From: Eledone cirrhosa
Taxonomy: Eukaryota
Assembly (NCBI GenBank): GCA_964016885.1
Contig: OZ024740.1
Location: 438,340,001 to 438,404,000 of the forward strand
DNA length: 64,000 bases
Direction: 5' to 3'
Part shown: one piece after another, positions 15,360 through 30,500 of the stretch
Layout of the letters: each line of letters starts with the position of its first letter
How positions within the stretch are numbered: the stretch's first letter is position 1
The notes under the pieces: generated by a model
Database searches by the model: none
What the model was told of the DNA's origin: nothing
The model's input: the letters and a program-made list of their open reading frames with translations, nothing else
Translations under genes and position numbers: made by a program

Positions 15360-18300
15360 CTTTATAGAACATACCTTTATAGAACATACCTTTATAGAAC
15401 ATACCTTTATAGTACATACCTTTATAGTACAAACCTTAATAGAACATACCTTTATAGAACATAGCTTTATAGAACACACCTTAATAGAACACACCTTTAT
15501 AGAACATAGCTTAATAGAACATACCTTTATAGAACAGACCTTTATAGAACATACCTTTATAGAACATACCTTTATAGAACATACCTTTATAGAACACACC
15601 TTTATAGAATAGACCTTTATAGAACATACCTCTATAGAACATACCTTTATAGAATAGACCTTTATAGAACATACCTTTATAGAACATACCTTTATAGAAT
15701 AGACCTTTATAGACCATACCTTTTTAGAACACACCTTTATAGAACATACCTTTATAGAACACACCTTTATAGAACATACCTTTATATTACACAACTTTAT
15801 AGTACACACCTTTAGCGTACATACCTTAATAGAACATACCTTTATAGAACATATCTTTAGAGAATATATCTTTATAGAATAGACATTTATAGAACATACC
15901 TTTATAGGACACACCTTTATAATACATAACTTTATAGAACACACCTTTATAGAACATACCTTTATAGAACATACCTTTATAGAACACACCTTTATAGAAT
16001 ACACCTTAATATAACATACCTTAATAGAACACACCTTTATAGAACTTATCTTTATAGTACATACCTTTATAGAACACACCTTTATAGAATATACCTTTAT
16101 AGAATGTACTCTTATAGAACATACCTTTATAGTACATACCTTAAAAGAACATACCTTTATAGAACACACCTTTATAGTACATACATTAATAGAACATACC
16201 TTAATAGAACATACCTTTATAGAACATACTTTAATAGAACATGCCTTTATAGAACATACTTTAATAGAAAATGCCTTTATAGAACAGACCTTTATAGAAC
16301 ATACCTTTATAGTTATTACCTTTATAGAACATACGTTAATAGAACATACCTTTATAGAACACACCTTTATAGAACAGACCTTTATAGAACATACCTTTAT
16401 AGCATATACCTTTATAGAACAGACCTTTATAGAACATACCTTTATAGAACACACCTTAATAGAGCATGCCTTTATAGAACAGGCCTTTATAGAACATACC
16501 TTTATAGTACATACCTTTATAGTACATACCTTAATAGAACATGCCTTTATAGAAAATACCTTTATAGAACATACCTTTATAGAACATACCTTTATAGAAC
16601 ATACCTTTATAGAACACACCTTAATAGAACATACCTTTATAGAACATACCTTTATAGAACATATCTTTATAGAACATAACTTTATAGAACATACCTTTAT
16701 AGAACATACATTTATAGAACATACCTTTATAGAATATACCTTTATAGAATATACCTTTATAGAACATACCTTTATAGAACATACCTTTATAGAACACACC
16801 TTAATAGAACATACCTTTATAGAACATAACTTTATAGAACATACCTTTATAGAACATAACTTTATAGAACATACCTTTATAGAACATACCTTTATAGAAC
16901 ATACCTTTATAGAATATACCTTTATAGAATATACCTTTATAGAACAGACCTTTATAGAACATACCTTTATAGAACATACCTTTATAGAACATACCTTTAT
17001 AGAACAGACCTTTATAGAACATACCTTTATAGAAAATACCTTTATAGAACATACCTTTATAGAATATACCTTTATAGAATATACCTTTATAGAACAGACC
17101 TTTATAGAACATACCTTTATAGAACAGACCTTTATAGAACATACCTTTATAGAAAATACCTTTATAGAACATACCTTTATAGAACACACCTTTATAGAAC
17201 ATACTTTTATTGAACATACCTCAATATAACATACCTTAATTGAACACACCTTTATAGAACACACCTTAATAGAACACACCTTTATAGACCATACCTTAAT
17301 AGAACATACCTTTATAGAACAGACCCTTATAGAACATACCTTTATAGAACATACCTTTATAGAACACACCTTAATAGAACATACCTTTATAGAACATACC
17401 TTTATAGAACACAGCTTTGTAGAACATACCTTTATAGAATATACCTTTCTAGAACATACCTTTATAGAACAGATCTTTATAGAACATACCTTTATAGTAC
17501 ATACCTTTATAGTACATACCTTAATAGAACATACCTTTATAGAACACACCTTTATAGAATAGACCTTTATAGAACATACCTCTATAGAACATACCTTTAT
17601 AGAATAGACCTTTATAGAACATACCTTTATACAACATACCTTTATAGAATAGACCTTTATAGAACATACCTTTTTAGAACACACCATTATAGAACATACC
17701 TTTATAGAACACACCTTTATAGAACATACCTTTATATCACACAACTTTATAGTACACACCTTTAGCGTACATACCTTAATAGAACATACCTTTATAGAAC
17801 ATATCTTTAGAGAATATATCTTTATAGAATAGACATTTATAGAACATACCTTTATAGAACACACCTTTATAATACATAACTTTATAGAACACACCTTTAT
17901 AGAACATACCTTTTTAGAACATACCTTTATAGAACACACCTTTATAGAATACATCTTAATATAACATACCTTAATAGAACACACCTTTATAGAACTTATC
18001 TTTATAGTACATACCTTTATAGAACACACCTTTATAGAATATACCTTTATAGAATGTACCCTTATAGAACATACCTTTATAGTACATACCTTAAAAGAAC
18101 ATACCTTTATAGAACACACCTTTATAGTACATACATTAATAGAACATACCTTAATAGAACATACCTTTATAGAACATACTTTAATAGAACATGCCTTTAT
18201 AGAACATACTTTAATAGAACATGCCTTTATAGAACAGACCTTTATAGAACATACCTTTATAGATATTACCTTTATAGAACATACGTTAATAGAACATACC

Positions 18301-21300
18301 TTTATAGAACACACCTTTATAGAACATACCTTTATAGAACATACCTTTATAGCATATACCTTTATAGAACAGACCTTTATAGAACATACCTTTATAGAAC
18401 ACACCTTAATAGAACATGCCTTTATAGAACACACCTTTATAGAACATACCTTTATAGTACATACCTTTATAGTACATACCTTAATAGAACATGCCTTTAT
18501 AGAAAATACCTTTATAGAACATACCTTTATAGAACATACCTTTATAGAACATACCTTTATAGAACACACCTTAATAGAACATACCTTTATAGAACATACC
18601 TTTATAGAACATATCTTTAGAGAATATATCTTTATAGAATAGACATTTATAGAACATACCTTTATAGAACACACCTTTATAATACATAACTTTATAGAAC
18701 ACACCTTTATAGAACATACCTTTATAGAACATACCTTTATAGAACACACCTTTATAGAATACACCTTAATATAACATACCTTAATAGAACACACCTTTAT
18801 AGAACTTATCTTAATAGAACATACCTTTATAGAACAGACCTTTATAGAACATACCTTTATAGAACATACCTTTATAGAACATACCTTTATAGAACACACC
18901 TTTATAGAATAGACCTTTATAGAACATACCTCTATAGAACATACCTTTATAGAATAGACCTTTATAGAACATACCTTTATAGAACATACCTTTATAGAAT
19001 AGACCTTTATAGACCATACCTTTTTAGAACACACCTTTATAGAACATACCTTTATAGAACACACCTTTATAGAACATACCTTTATATTACACAACTTTAT
19101 AGTACACACCTTTAGCGTACATACCTTAATAGAACATACCTTTATAGAACATATCTTTAGAGAATATATCTTTATAGAATAGACATTTATAGAACATACC
19201 TTTATAGAACACACCTTTATAATACATAACTTTATAGAACACACCTTTATAGAACATACCTTTATAGAACATACCTTTATAGAACACACCTTTATAGAAT
19301 ACACCTTAATATAACATACCTTAATAGAACACACCTTTATAGAACTTATCTTTATAGTACATACCTTTATAGAACACACCTTTATAGAATATACCTTTAT
19401 AGAATGTACCCTTATAGAACATACCTTTATAGTACATACCTTAAAAGAACATACCTTTATAGAACACACCTTTATAGTACATACATTAATAGAACATACC
19501 TTAATAGAACATACCTTTATAGAACATACTTTAATAGAACATGCCTTTATAGAACATACTTTAATAGAAAATGCCTTTATAGAACAGACCTTTATAGAAC
19601 ATACCTTTATAGTTATTACCTTTATAGAACATACGTTAATAGAACATACCTTTATAGAACACACCTTTATAGAACAGACCTTTATAGAACATACCTTTAT
19701 AGCATATACCTTTATAGAACAGACCTTTATAGAACATACCTTTATAGAACACACCTTAATAGAACATGCCTTTATAGAACAGGCCTTTATAGAACATACC
19801 TTTATAGTACATACCTTTATAGTACATACCTTAATAGAACATGCCTTTATAGAAAATACCTTTATAGAACATACCTTAATAGAACATACCTTTATAGAAC
19901 ATACCTTTATAGAACACACCTTAATAGAACATACCTTTATAGAACATACCTTTATAGAACATATCTTTATAGAACATAACTTTATAGAACATACCTTTAT
20001 AGAACATACATTTATAGAACATACCTTTATAGAATATACCTTTATAGAATATACCTTTATAGAACATACCTTTATAGAACATACCTTTATAGAACACACC
20101 TTAATAGAACATACCTTTATAGAACATAACTTTATAGAACATACCTTTATAGAACATACCTTAATAGAACATGCCTTTATAGAAAATACCTTCATAGAAC
20201 AGACATTTATAGAATATACCTTTATAGAATATACCTTTATAGAACAGACCTTTATAGAACATACCTTTATAGAACATACCTTTATAGAACATACCTTTAT
20301 AGAACAGACCTTTATAGAACATACCTTTATAGAAAATACCTTTATAGAACATACCTTTATAGAATATACCTTTATAGAATATACCTTTATAGAACAGACC
20401 TTTATAGAACATACCTTTATAGAACAGACCTTTATAGAACATACCTTTATAGAAAATACCTTTATAGAACATACCTTTATAGAACACACCTTTATAGAAC
20501 ATACTTTTATTGAACATACCTCAATATAACATACCTTAATTGAACACACCTTTATAGAACACACCTTAATAGAACACACCTTTATAGACCATACCTTAAT
20601 AGAACATACCTTTATAGAACAGACCCTTATAGAACATACCTTTATAGAACATACCTTTATAGAACACACCTTAATAGAACATACCTTTATAGAACATACC
20701 TTTATAGAACACAGCTTTGTAGAACATACCTTTATAGAATATACCTTTCTAGAACATACCTTTATAGAACAGATCTTTATAGAACATACCTTTATAGTAC
20801 ATACCTTTATAGTACATACCTTAATAGAACATACCTTTATAGAACACACCTTTATAGAATAGACCTTTATAGAACATACCTCTATAGAACATACCTTTAT
20901 AGAATAGACCTTTATAGAACATACCTTTATACAACATACCTTTATAGAATAGACCTTTATAGAACATACCTTTTTAGAACACACCATTATAGAACATACC
21001 TTTATAGAACACACCTTTATAGAACATACCTTTATATCACACAACTTTATAGTACACACCTTTAGCGTACATACCTTAATAGAACATACCTTTATAGAAC
21101 ATATCTTTAGAGAATATATCTTTATAGAATAGACATTTATAGAACATACCTTTATAGAACACACCTTTATAATACATAACTTTATAGAACACACCTTTAT
21201 AGAACATACCTTTTTAGAACATACCTTTATAGAACACACCTTTATAGAATACATCTTAATATAACATACCTTAATAGAACACACCTTTATAGAACTTATC

Positions 21301-24300
21301 TTTATAGTACATACCTTTATAGAACACACCTTTATAGAATATACCTTTATAGAATGTACCCTTATAGAACATACCTTTATAGTACATACCTTAAAAGAAC
21401 ATACCTTTATAGAACACACCTTTATAGTACATACATTAATAGAACATACCTTAATAGAACATACCTTTATAGAACATACTTTAATAGAACATGCCTTTAT
21501 AGAACATACTTTAATAGAACATGCCTTTATAGAACAGACCTTTATAGAACATACCTTTATAGATATTACCTTTATAGAACATACGTTAATAGAACATACC
21601 TTTATAGAACACACCTTTATAGAACATACCTTTATAGAACATACCTTTATAGCATATACCTTTATAGAACAGACCTTTATAGAACATACCTTTATAGAAC
21701 ACACCTTAATAGAACATGCCTTTATAGAACAGGCCTTTATAGAACATACCTTTATAGTACATACCTTTATAGTACATACCTTAATAGAACATGCCTTTAT
21801 AGAAAATACCTTTATAGAACATACCTTTATAGAACATACCTTTATAGAACATACCTTTATAGAACACACCTTAATAGAACATACCTTTATAGAACATACC
21901 TTTATAGAACATATCTTTAGAGAATATATCTTTATAGAATAGACATTTATAGAACATACCTTTATAGAACACACCTTTATAATACATAACTTTATAGAAC
22001 ACACCTTTATAGAACATACCTTTATAGAACATACCTTTATAGAACACACCTTTATAGAATACACCTTAATATAACATACCTTAATAGAACACACCTTTAT
22101 AGAACTTATCTTAATAGAACATACCTTTATAGAACAGACCTTTATAGAACATACCTTTATAGAACATACCTTTATAGAACATACCTTTATAGAACACACC
22201 TTTATAGAATAGACCTTTATAGAACATACCTCTATAGAACATACCTTTATAGAATAGACCTTTATAGAACATACCTTTATAGAACATACCTTTATAGAAT
22301 AGACCTTTATAGACCATACCTTTTTAGAACACACCTTTATAGAACATACCTTTATAGAACACACCTTTATAGAACATACCTTTATATTACACAACTTTAT
22401 AGTACACACCTTTAGCGTACATACCTTAATAGAACATACCTTTATAGAACATATCTTTAGAGAATATATCTTTATAGAATAGACATTTATAGAACATACC
22501 TTTATAGAACACACCTTTATAATACATAACTTTATAGAACACACCTTTATAGAACATACCTTTATAGAACATACCTTTATAGAACACACCTTTATAGAAT
22601 ACACCTTAATATAACATACCTTAATAGAACACACCTTTATAGAACTTATCTTTATAGTACATACCTTTATAGAACACACCTTTATAGAATATACCTTTAT
22701 AGAATGTACCCTTATAGAACATACCTTTATAGTACATACCTTAAAAGAACATACCTTTATAGAACACACCTTTATAGTACATACATTAATAGAACATACC
22801 TTAATAGAACATACCTTTATAGAACATACTTTAATAGAACATGCCTTTATAGAACATACTTTAATAGAAAATGCCTTTATAGAACAGACCTTTATAGAAC
22901 ATACCTTTATAGTTATTACCTTTATAGAACATACGTTAATAGAACATACCTTTATAGAACACACCTTTATAGAACAGACCTTTATAGAACATACCTTTAT
23001 AGCATATACCTTTATAGAACAGACCTTTATAGAACATACCTTTATAGAACACACCTTAATAGAACATGCCTTTATAGAACAGGCCTTTATAGAACATACC
23101 TTTATAGTACATACCTTTATAGTACATACCTTAATAGAACATGCCTTTATAGAAAATACCTTTATAGAACATACCTTAATAGAACATACCTTTATAGAAC
23201 ATACCTTTATAGAACACACCTTAATAGAACATACCTTTATAGAACATACCTTTATAGAACATATCTTTATAGAACATAACTTTATAGAACATACCTTTAT
23301 AGAACATACATTTATAGAACATACCTTTATAGAATATACCTTTATAGAATATACCTTTATAGAACATACCTTTATAGAACATACCTTTATAGAACACACC
23401 TTAATAGAACATACCTTTATAGAACATAACTTTATAGAACATACCTTTATAGAACATACCTTAATAGAACATGCCTTTATAGAAAATACCTTCATAGAAC
23501 AGACATTTATAGAACATACCTTTATAGAAAATACCTTTATAGAAAATACCTTTATAGAACATACCTTTATAGAACATACCTTTATAGAACCTACCTCTAT
23601 AGAACACACCTTAAGAAAACATACCTTTATAGAACATACCTTTATAGAACATACCTTTATAGTACATACCTTTATAGTACAAACCTTAATAGAACATACC
23701 TTTATAGAACATAGCTTTATAGAACACACCTTAATAGAACACACCTTTATAGAACATAGCTTAATAGAACATACCTTTATAGAACAGACCTTTATAGAAC
23801 ATACCTTTATAGAACATACCTTTATAGAACATACCTTTATAGAACACACCTTTATAGAATAGACCTTTATAGAACATACCTCTATAGAACATACCTTTAT
23901 AGAATAGACCTTTATAGAACATACCTTTATAGAACATACCTTTATAGAATAGACCTTTATAGACCATACCTTTTTAGAACACACCTTTATAGAACATACC
24001 TTTATAGAACACACCTTTATAGAACATACCTTTATATTACACAACTTTATAGTACACACCTTTAGCGTACATACCTTAATAGAACATACCTTTATAGAAC
24101 ATATCTTTAGAGAATATATCTTTATAGAATAGACATTTATAGAACATACCTTTATAGGACACACCTTTATAATACATAACTTTATAGAACACACCTTTAT
24201 AGAACATACCTTTATAGAACATACCTTTATAGAACACACCTTTATAGAATACACCTTAATATAACATACCTTAATAGAACACACCTTTATAGAACTTATC

Positions 24301-27050
24301 TTTATAGTACATACCTTTATAGAACACACCTTTATAGAATATACCTTTATAGAATGTACTCTTATAGAACATACCTTTATAGTACATACCTTAAAAGAAC
24401 ATACCTTTATAGAACACACCTTTATAGTACATACATTAATAGAACATACCTTAATAGAACATACCTTTATAGAACATACTTTAATAGAACATGCTTTATA
24501 GAACATACTTTAATAGAAAATGCCTTTATAGAACAGACCTTTATAGAACATACCTTTATAGTTATTACCTTTATAGAACATACGTTAATAGAACATACCT
24601 TTATAGAACACACCTTTATAGAACAGACCTTTATAGAACATACCTTTATAGCATATACCTTTATAGAACAGACCTTTATAGAACATACCTTTATATAACA
24701 CACCTTAATAGAACATGCCTTTATAGAACAGGCCTTTATAGAACATACCTTTATAGTACATACCTTTATAGTACATACCTTAATAGAACATGCCTTTATA
24801 GAAAATACCTTTATAGAACATACCTTTATAGAACATACCTTTATAGAACATACCTTTATAGAACACACCTTAATAGAACATACCTTTATAGAACATACCT
24901 TTATAGAACATATCTTTATAGAACATAACTTTATAGAACATACCTTTATAGAACATACATTTATAGAACATACCTTTATAGAATATACCTTTATAGAATA
25001 TACCTTTATAGAACATACCTTTATAGAACATACCTTTATAGAACACACCTTAATAGAACATACCTTTATAGAACATAACTTTATAGAACATACCTTTATA
25101 GAACATAACTTTATAGAACATACCTTTATAGAACATACCTTTATAGAACATACCTTTATAGAATATACCTTTATAGAATATACCTTTATAGAACAGACCT
25201 TTATAGAACATACCTTTATAGAACATACCTTTATAGAACATACCTTTATAGAACAGACCTTTATAGAACATACCTTTATAGAAAATACCTTTATAGAACA
25301 TACCTTTATAGAATATACCTTTATAGAATATACCTTTATAGAACAGACCTTTATAGAACATACCTTTATAGAACAGACCTTTATAGAACATACCTTTATA
25401 GAAAATACCTTTATAGAACATACCTTTATAGAACACACCTTTATAGAACATACCTTTATTGAACATACCTCAATATAACATACCTTAATTGAACACACCT
25501 TTATAGAACACACCTTAATAGAACACACCTTTATAGACCATACCTTAATAGAACATACCTTTATAGAACAGACCCTTATAGAACATACCTTTATAGAACA
25601 TACCTTTATAGAACACACCTTAATAGAACATACCTTTATAGAACATACCTTTATAGAACACAGCTTTGTAGAACATACCTTTATAGAATATACCTTTCTA
25701 GAACATACCTTTATAGAACAGATCTTTATAGAACATACCTTTATAGTACATACCTTTATAGTACATACCTTAATAGAACATACCTTTATAGAACACACCT
25801 TTATAGAATAGACCTTTATAGAACATACCTCTATAGAACATACCTTTATAGAATAGACCTTTATAGAACATACCTTTATACAACATACCTTTATAGAATA
25901 GACCTTTATAGAACATACCTTTTTAGAACACACCATTATAGAACATACCTTTATAGAACACACCTTTATAGAACATACCTTTATATCACACAACTTTATA
26001 GTACACACCTTTAGCGTACATACCTTAATAGAACATACCTTTATAGAACATATCTTTAGAGAATATATCTTTATAGAATAGACATTTATAGAACATACCT
26101 TTATAGAACACACCTTTATAATACATAACTTTATAGAACACACCTTTATAGAACATACCTTTTTAGAACATACCTTTATAGAACACACCTTTATAGAATA
26201 CACCTTAATATAACATACCTTAATAGAACACACCTTTATAGAACTTATCTTTATAGTACATACCTTTATAGAACACACCTTTATAGAATATACCTTTATA
26301 GAATGTACCCTTATAGAACATACCTTTATAGTACATACCTTAAAAGAACATACCTTTATAGAACACACCTTTATAGTACATACATTAATAGAACATACCT
26401 TAATAGAACATACCTTTATAGAACATACTTTAATAGAACATGCCTTTATAGAACATACTTTAATAGAACATGCCTTTATAGAACAGACCTTTATAGAACA
26501 TACCTTTATAGTTATTACCTTTATAGAACATACGTTAATAGAACATACCTTTATAGAACACACCTTTATAGAACAGACCTTTATAGAACATACCTTTATA
26601 GCATATACCTTTATAGAACAGACCTTTATAGAACATACCTTTATAGAACACACCTTAATAGAACATGCCTTTATAGAACAGGCCTTTATAGAACATACCT
26701 TTATAGTACATACCTTTATAGTACATACCTTAATAGAACATGCCTTTATAGAAAATACCTTTATAGAACATACCTTTATAGAACATACCTTTATAGAACA
26801 TACCTTTATAGAACACACCTTAATAGAACATACCTTTATAGAACATACCCTTATAGAACATATCTTTAGAGAATATATCTTTATAGAATAGACATTTATA
26901 GAACATACCTTTATAGAACACACCTTTATAATACATAACTTTATAGAACACACCTTTATAGAACATACCTTTATAGAACATACCTTTATAGAACACACCT
27001 TTATAGAATACACCTTAATATAACATACCTTAATAGAACACACCTTTATA
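15360..27050. repeat. Long-range copy at offset 8250/8249 bp (550 monomers): ~15.4-18.8 kb repeated at ~23.6-27.05 kb
   Basis: Rare variants TTTATAGGAC (15901/24151) and GAATGTACTCTT (~16102/24352) are shared. ORF offsets are 8250 for 15511/23761 and 16104/24354, then 8249 for 16801/25050 and 18054/26303 after a 1-bp deletion at ~24494. Confidence 0.88.
16907..23514. repeat. Tandem duplication, period 3300 bp (220 monomers), 2 nearly identical copies
   Basis: Lines from 16921 match lines from 20221 onward. ORF pairs are 18054/21354, 18811/22111 and 19404/22704. One visible difference is ACACC at ~18431 versus AGGCC at ~21731. Confidence 0.95.
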
Positions 27051-27519
27051 GAACTTATCTTTATAGTACATACCTTTATAGAACACACCTTTATAGAATA
27101 TACCTTTATAGAATGTACCCTTATAGAACATACCTTTATAGTACATACCTTAAAAGAACATACCTTTATAGAACACACCTTTATAGTACATACATTAATA
27201 GAACATACCTTAATAGAACATACCTTTATAGAACATACTTTAATAGAACATGCCTTTATAGAACATACTTTAATAGAACATGCCTTTATAGAACAGTCCT
27301 TTATAGAACATACCTTTATAGTTATTACCTTTATAGAACATACGTTAATAGAACATACCTTTATAGAACACACCTTTATAGAACAGACCTTTATAGAACA
27401 TACTTTTATAGAATATACCTTTATAGAACAGACCTTTGTAGAACATACCTTTATAGAACACACCTTAATAGAACATGCCTTTATAGAACAGGCCTTTATA
27501 GAACATACCTTTATAGTAC

Positions 27520-30500
27520 ATACCTTTATAGTACATACCTTAATAGAACATGCCTTTATAGAAAATACCTTTATAGAACATACCTTTATAGAACATACCT
27601 TTATAGAACATACCTTTATAGAACACACCTTAATAGAACATACCTTTATAGAACATACCTTTATAGAACATACCTTTATAGAACATAACTTTATAGAACA
27701 TACCTTTATAGAACATACATTTATAGAACATACCTTTATAGAATATACCTTTATAGAATATACCTTTATAGAACATACCTTTATAGAACATACCTTTATA
27801 GAACACACCTTAATAGAACATACCTTTATAGAACATAACTTTATAGAACATACCTTTATAGAACATAACTTTATAGAACATACCTTTATAGAACATACCT
27901 TTATAGAACATACCTTTATAGAATATACCTTTATAGAATATACCTTTATAGAACAGACCTTTATAGAACATACCTTTATAGAACATACCTTTATAGAACA
28001 TACCTTTATAGAACAGACCTTTATAGAACATACCTTTATAGAACATACCTTTATAGAACATACCTTTATAGAACAGACCTTTATAGAACATACCTTTATA
28101 GAAAATACCTTTATAGAACATACCTTTATAGAACACACCTTTATAGAACATACCTTTATTGAACATACCTCAATATAACATACCTTAATTGAACACACCT
28201 TTATAGAACACACCTTAATAGAACACACCTTTATAGACCATACCTTAATAGTACATACCTTTATAGAACAGACCCTTATAGAACATACCTTTATAGAACA
28301 TACCTTTATAGAACACACCTTAATAGAACATAACTTTATAGAACATACCTTTATAGAACACACCTTTATAGAACATACCTTTATAGAATATACCTTTCTA
28401 GAACATACCTTTATAGAACAGATCTTTATAGAACATACCTTTATAGTACATACCTTTATAGTACATACCTTAATAGAACATACCTTTATAGAACACACCT
28501 TTATAGAATAGACCTTTATAGAACATACCTCTATAGAACATACCTTTATAGAATAGACCTTTATAGAACATACCTTTATACAACATACCTTTATAGAATA
28601 GACCTTTATAGAACATACCTTTTTAGAACACACCATTATAGAACATACCTTTATAGAACACACCTTTATAGAACATACCTTTATATCACACAACTTTATA
28701 GTACACACCTTTAGCGTACATACCTTAATAGAACATACCTTTATAGAACATATCTTTAGAGAATATATCTTTATAAAATAGACCTTTATAGAACATACCT
28801 TTATAGACCACACCTTTATAATACATAACTTTATAGAACACACCTTTATAGAACATACCTTTATAGAACATAACTTTATAGAACACACCTTTATAGAATA
28901 CACCTTAATATAACATACCTTAACAGAACACACCTTTATAGAACAGACCTTTATAGAACATACCTATATAGAACACACCTTAATAGAACACACCTTTATA
29001 GACCATACCTTAATAGAACATACCTTTATAGAACAGACCTATATAGAACATACCTTTATAGAACACACCTTAATAGAACATGCCTTTATAGAACAGATCT
29101 TTATAGAACATACCTTTATAGAACACACCTTTATAGAACATACCTTTATATAATATACCTTTATAGAACATACCTTTATAGAACAGATCTTTATAGAACA
29201 TACCTTTATAGAACAGAACTTTATAGAACATACCTTCATAGAACATACCTTTATAGTACAAACCTTTATAGTACATACCTTTATAGTACATACCTTTATA
29301 GAATATACCTTTATAGAACAGACCTTTATAGAACACACCTTTATAGAACATACCTTTATAGAACATACTTTAATAGAACAAGCCTTTATAGAACAGACCT
29401 TTATAGAACATACCTTTATAGTTATTACCTTTATAGAACATACCTTAATAGAACATACCTTTATAGAACACACCTTTATAGAACAGACCCTTATAGAACA
29501 TACGTTTATAGAATATACCTTTATAGAACAGACCTTTATAGAACATACCTTTATGGAACACACCTTAATAGAACATGCCTTTATAGAACAGGCCTTTATA
29601 GAACATACCGTTATAGTACATACCTTTATAGTACATACCTTAATAGAACATGCCTTTATAGAAAATACCTTTATAGAACAGACCTTTATAGAACATACCT
29701 TTATAGAAAATACCTTTATAGAAAATACCTTTATAGAACATACCTTTATAGAACATACCTTTATAGAACCTATCTTTATAGAACATACCTTTATAGAACA
29801 CACCTTTATAAAACATACCTTTATACAACACACCTTTATAGAACATACCTATATAGAACACACCTTTATAGAACATACATTTATAGAAAAGCCCTTTATA
29901 GAACACACCTTTATAATACATACCTTTATAGAACACACTTTTATAGAACATCCCTTTATAGAACATACCTTTATAGAATAGACCTTTATAGAACATACCT
30001 TTATAGAACATACCTTTATAGAACATACCTTTATAGAACATACCTTTATAGAACACACCTTTATAGAACATACCTTTATAGAACATACCTTTATAGAATA
30101 GACCTTTATAGAACATACCTTTTTAGAACACACCTTTATAGAACATACCTTTATAGAACAGATCTTTATAGAAAATACCTTTATATTACACAACTTTATA
30201 GTACACACCTTTAGCGTACATACCTTAATAGAACAGACCTGTATAGAACATATCTTTAGAGAAGATACCTTTATAGAATAGACCTTTATAGAACACACCT
30301 TTATAGAATACAGCTTTATAGAACAGACATTTATAGAACACACCTTTATAGAACATACCTTTATAGAACACATCTTAATATAACATACCTTAATAGAAAA
30401 CACCTTTATAGAACATAGCTTAATAGAACATACCTTTATAGTAAATAGCTTAATAGAACATACCTTTATAGAACATACCTCAATAGAACACCTCTTTATA

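Noticed and set aside
11973-24506. 4177-aa minus-strand ORF (and the other VCSIK ORFs) as annotated CDS
   Set aside because: The monomer length is a multiple of 3 and this register has no stop in the consensus, so long ORFs arise automatically. There is no unique N- or C-terminal domain, signal peptide or gene context, and ORF ends coincide with indel or point-variant monomers. It is kept only as a hypothesis in the findings.
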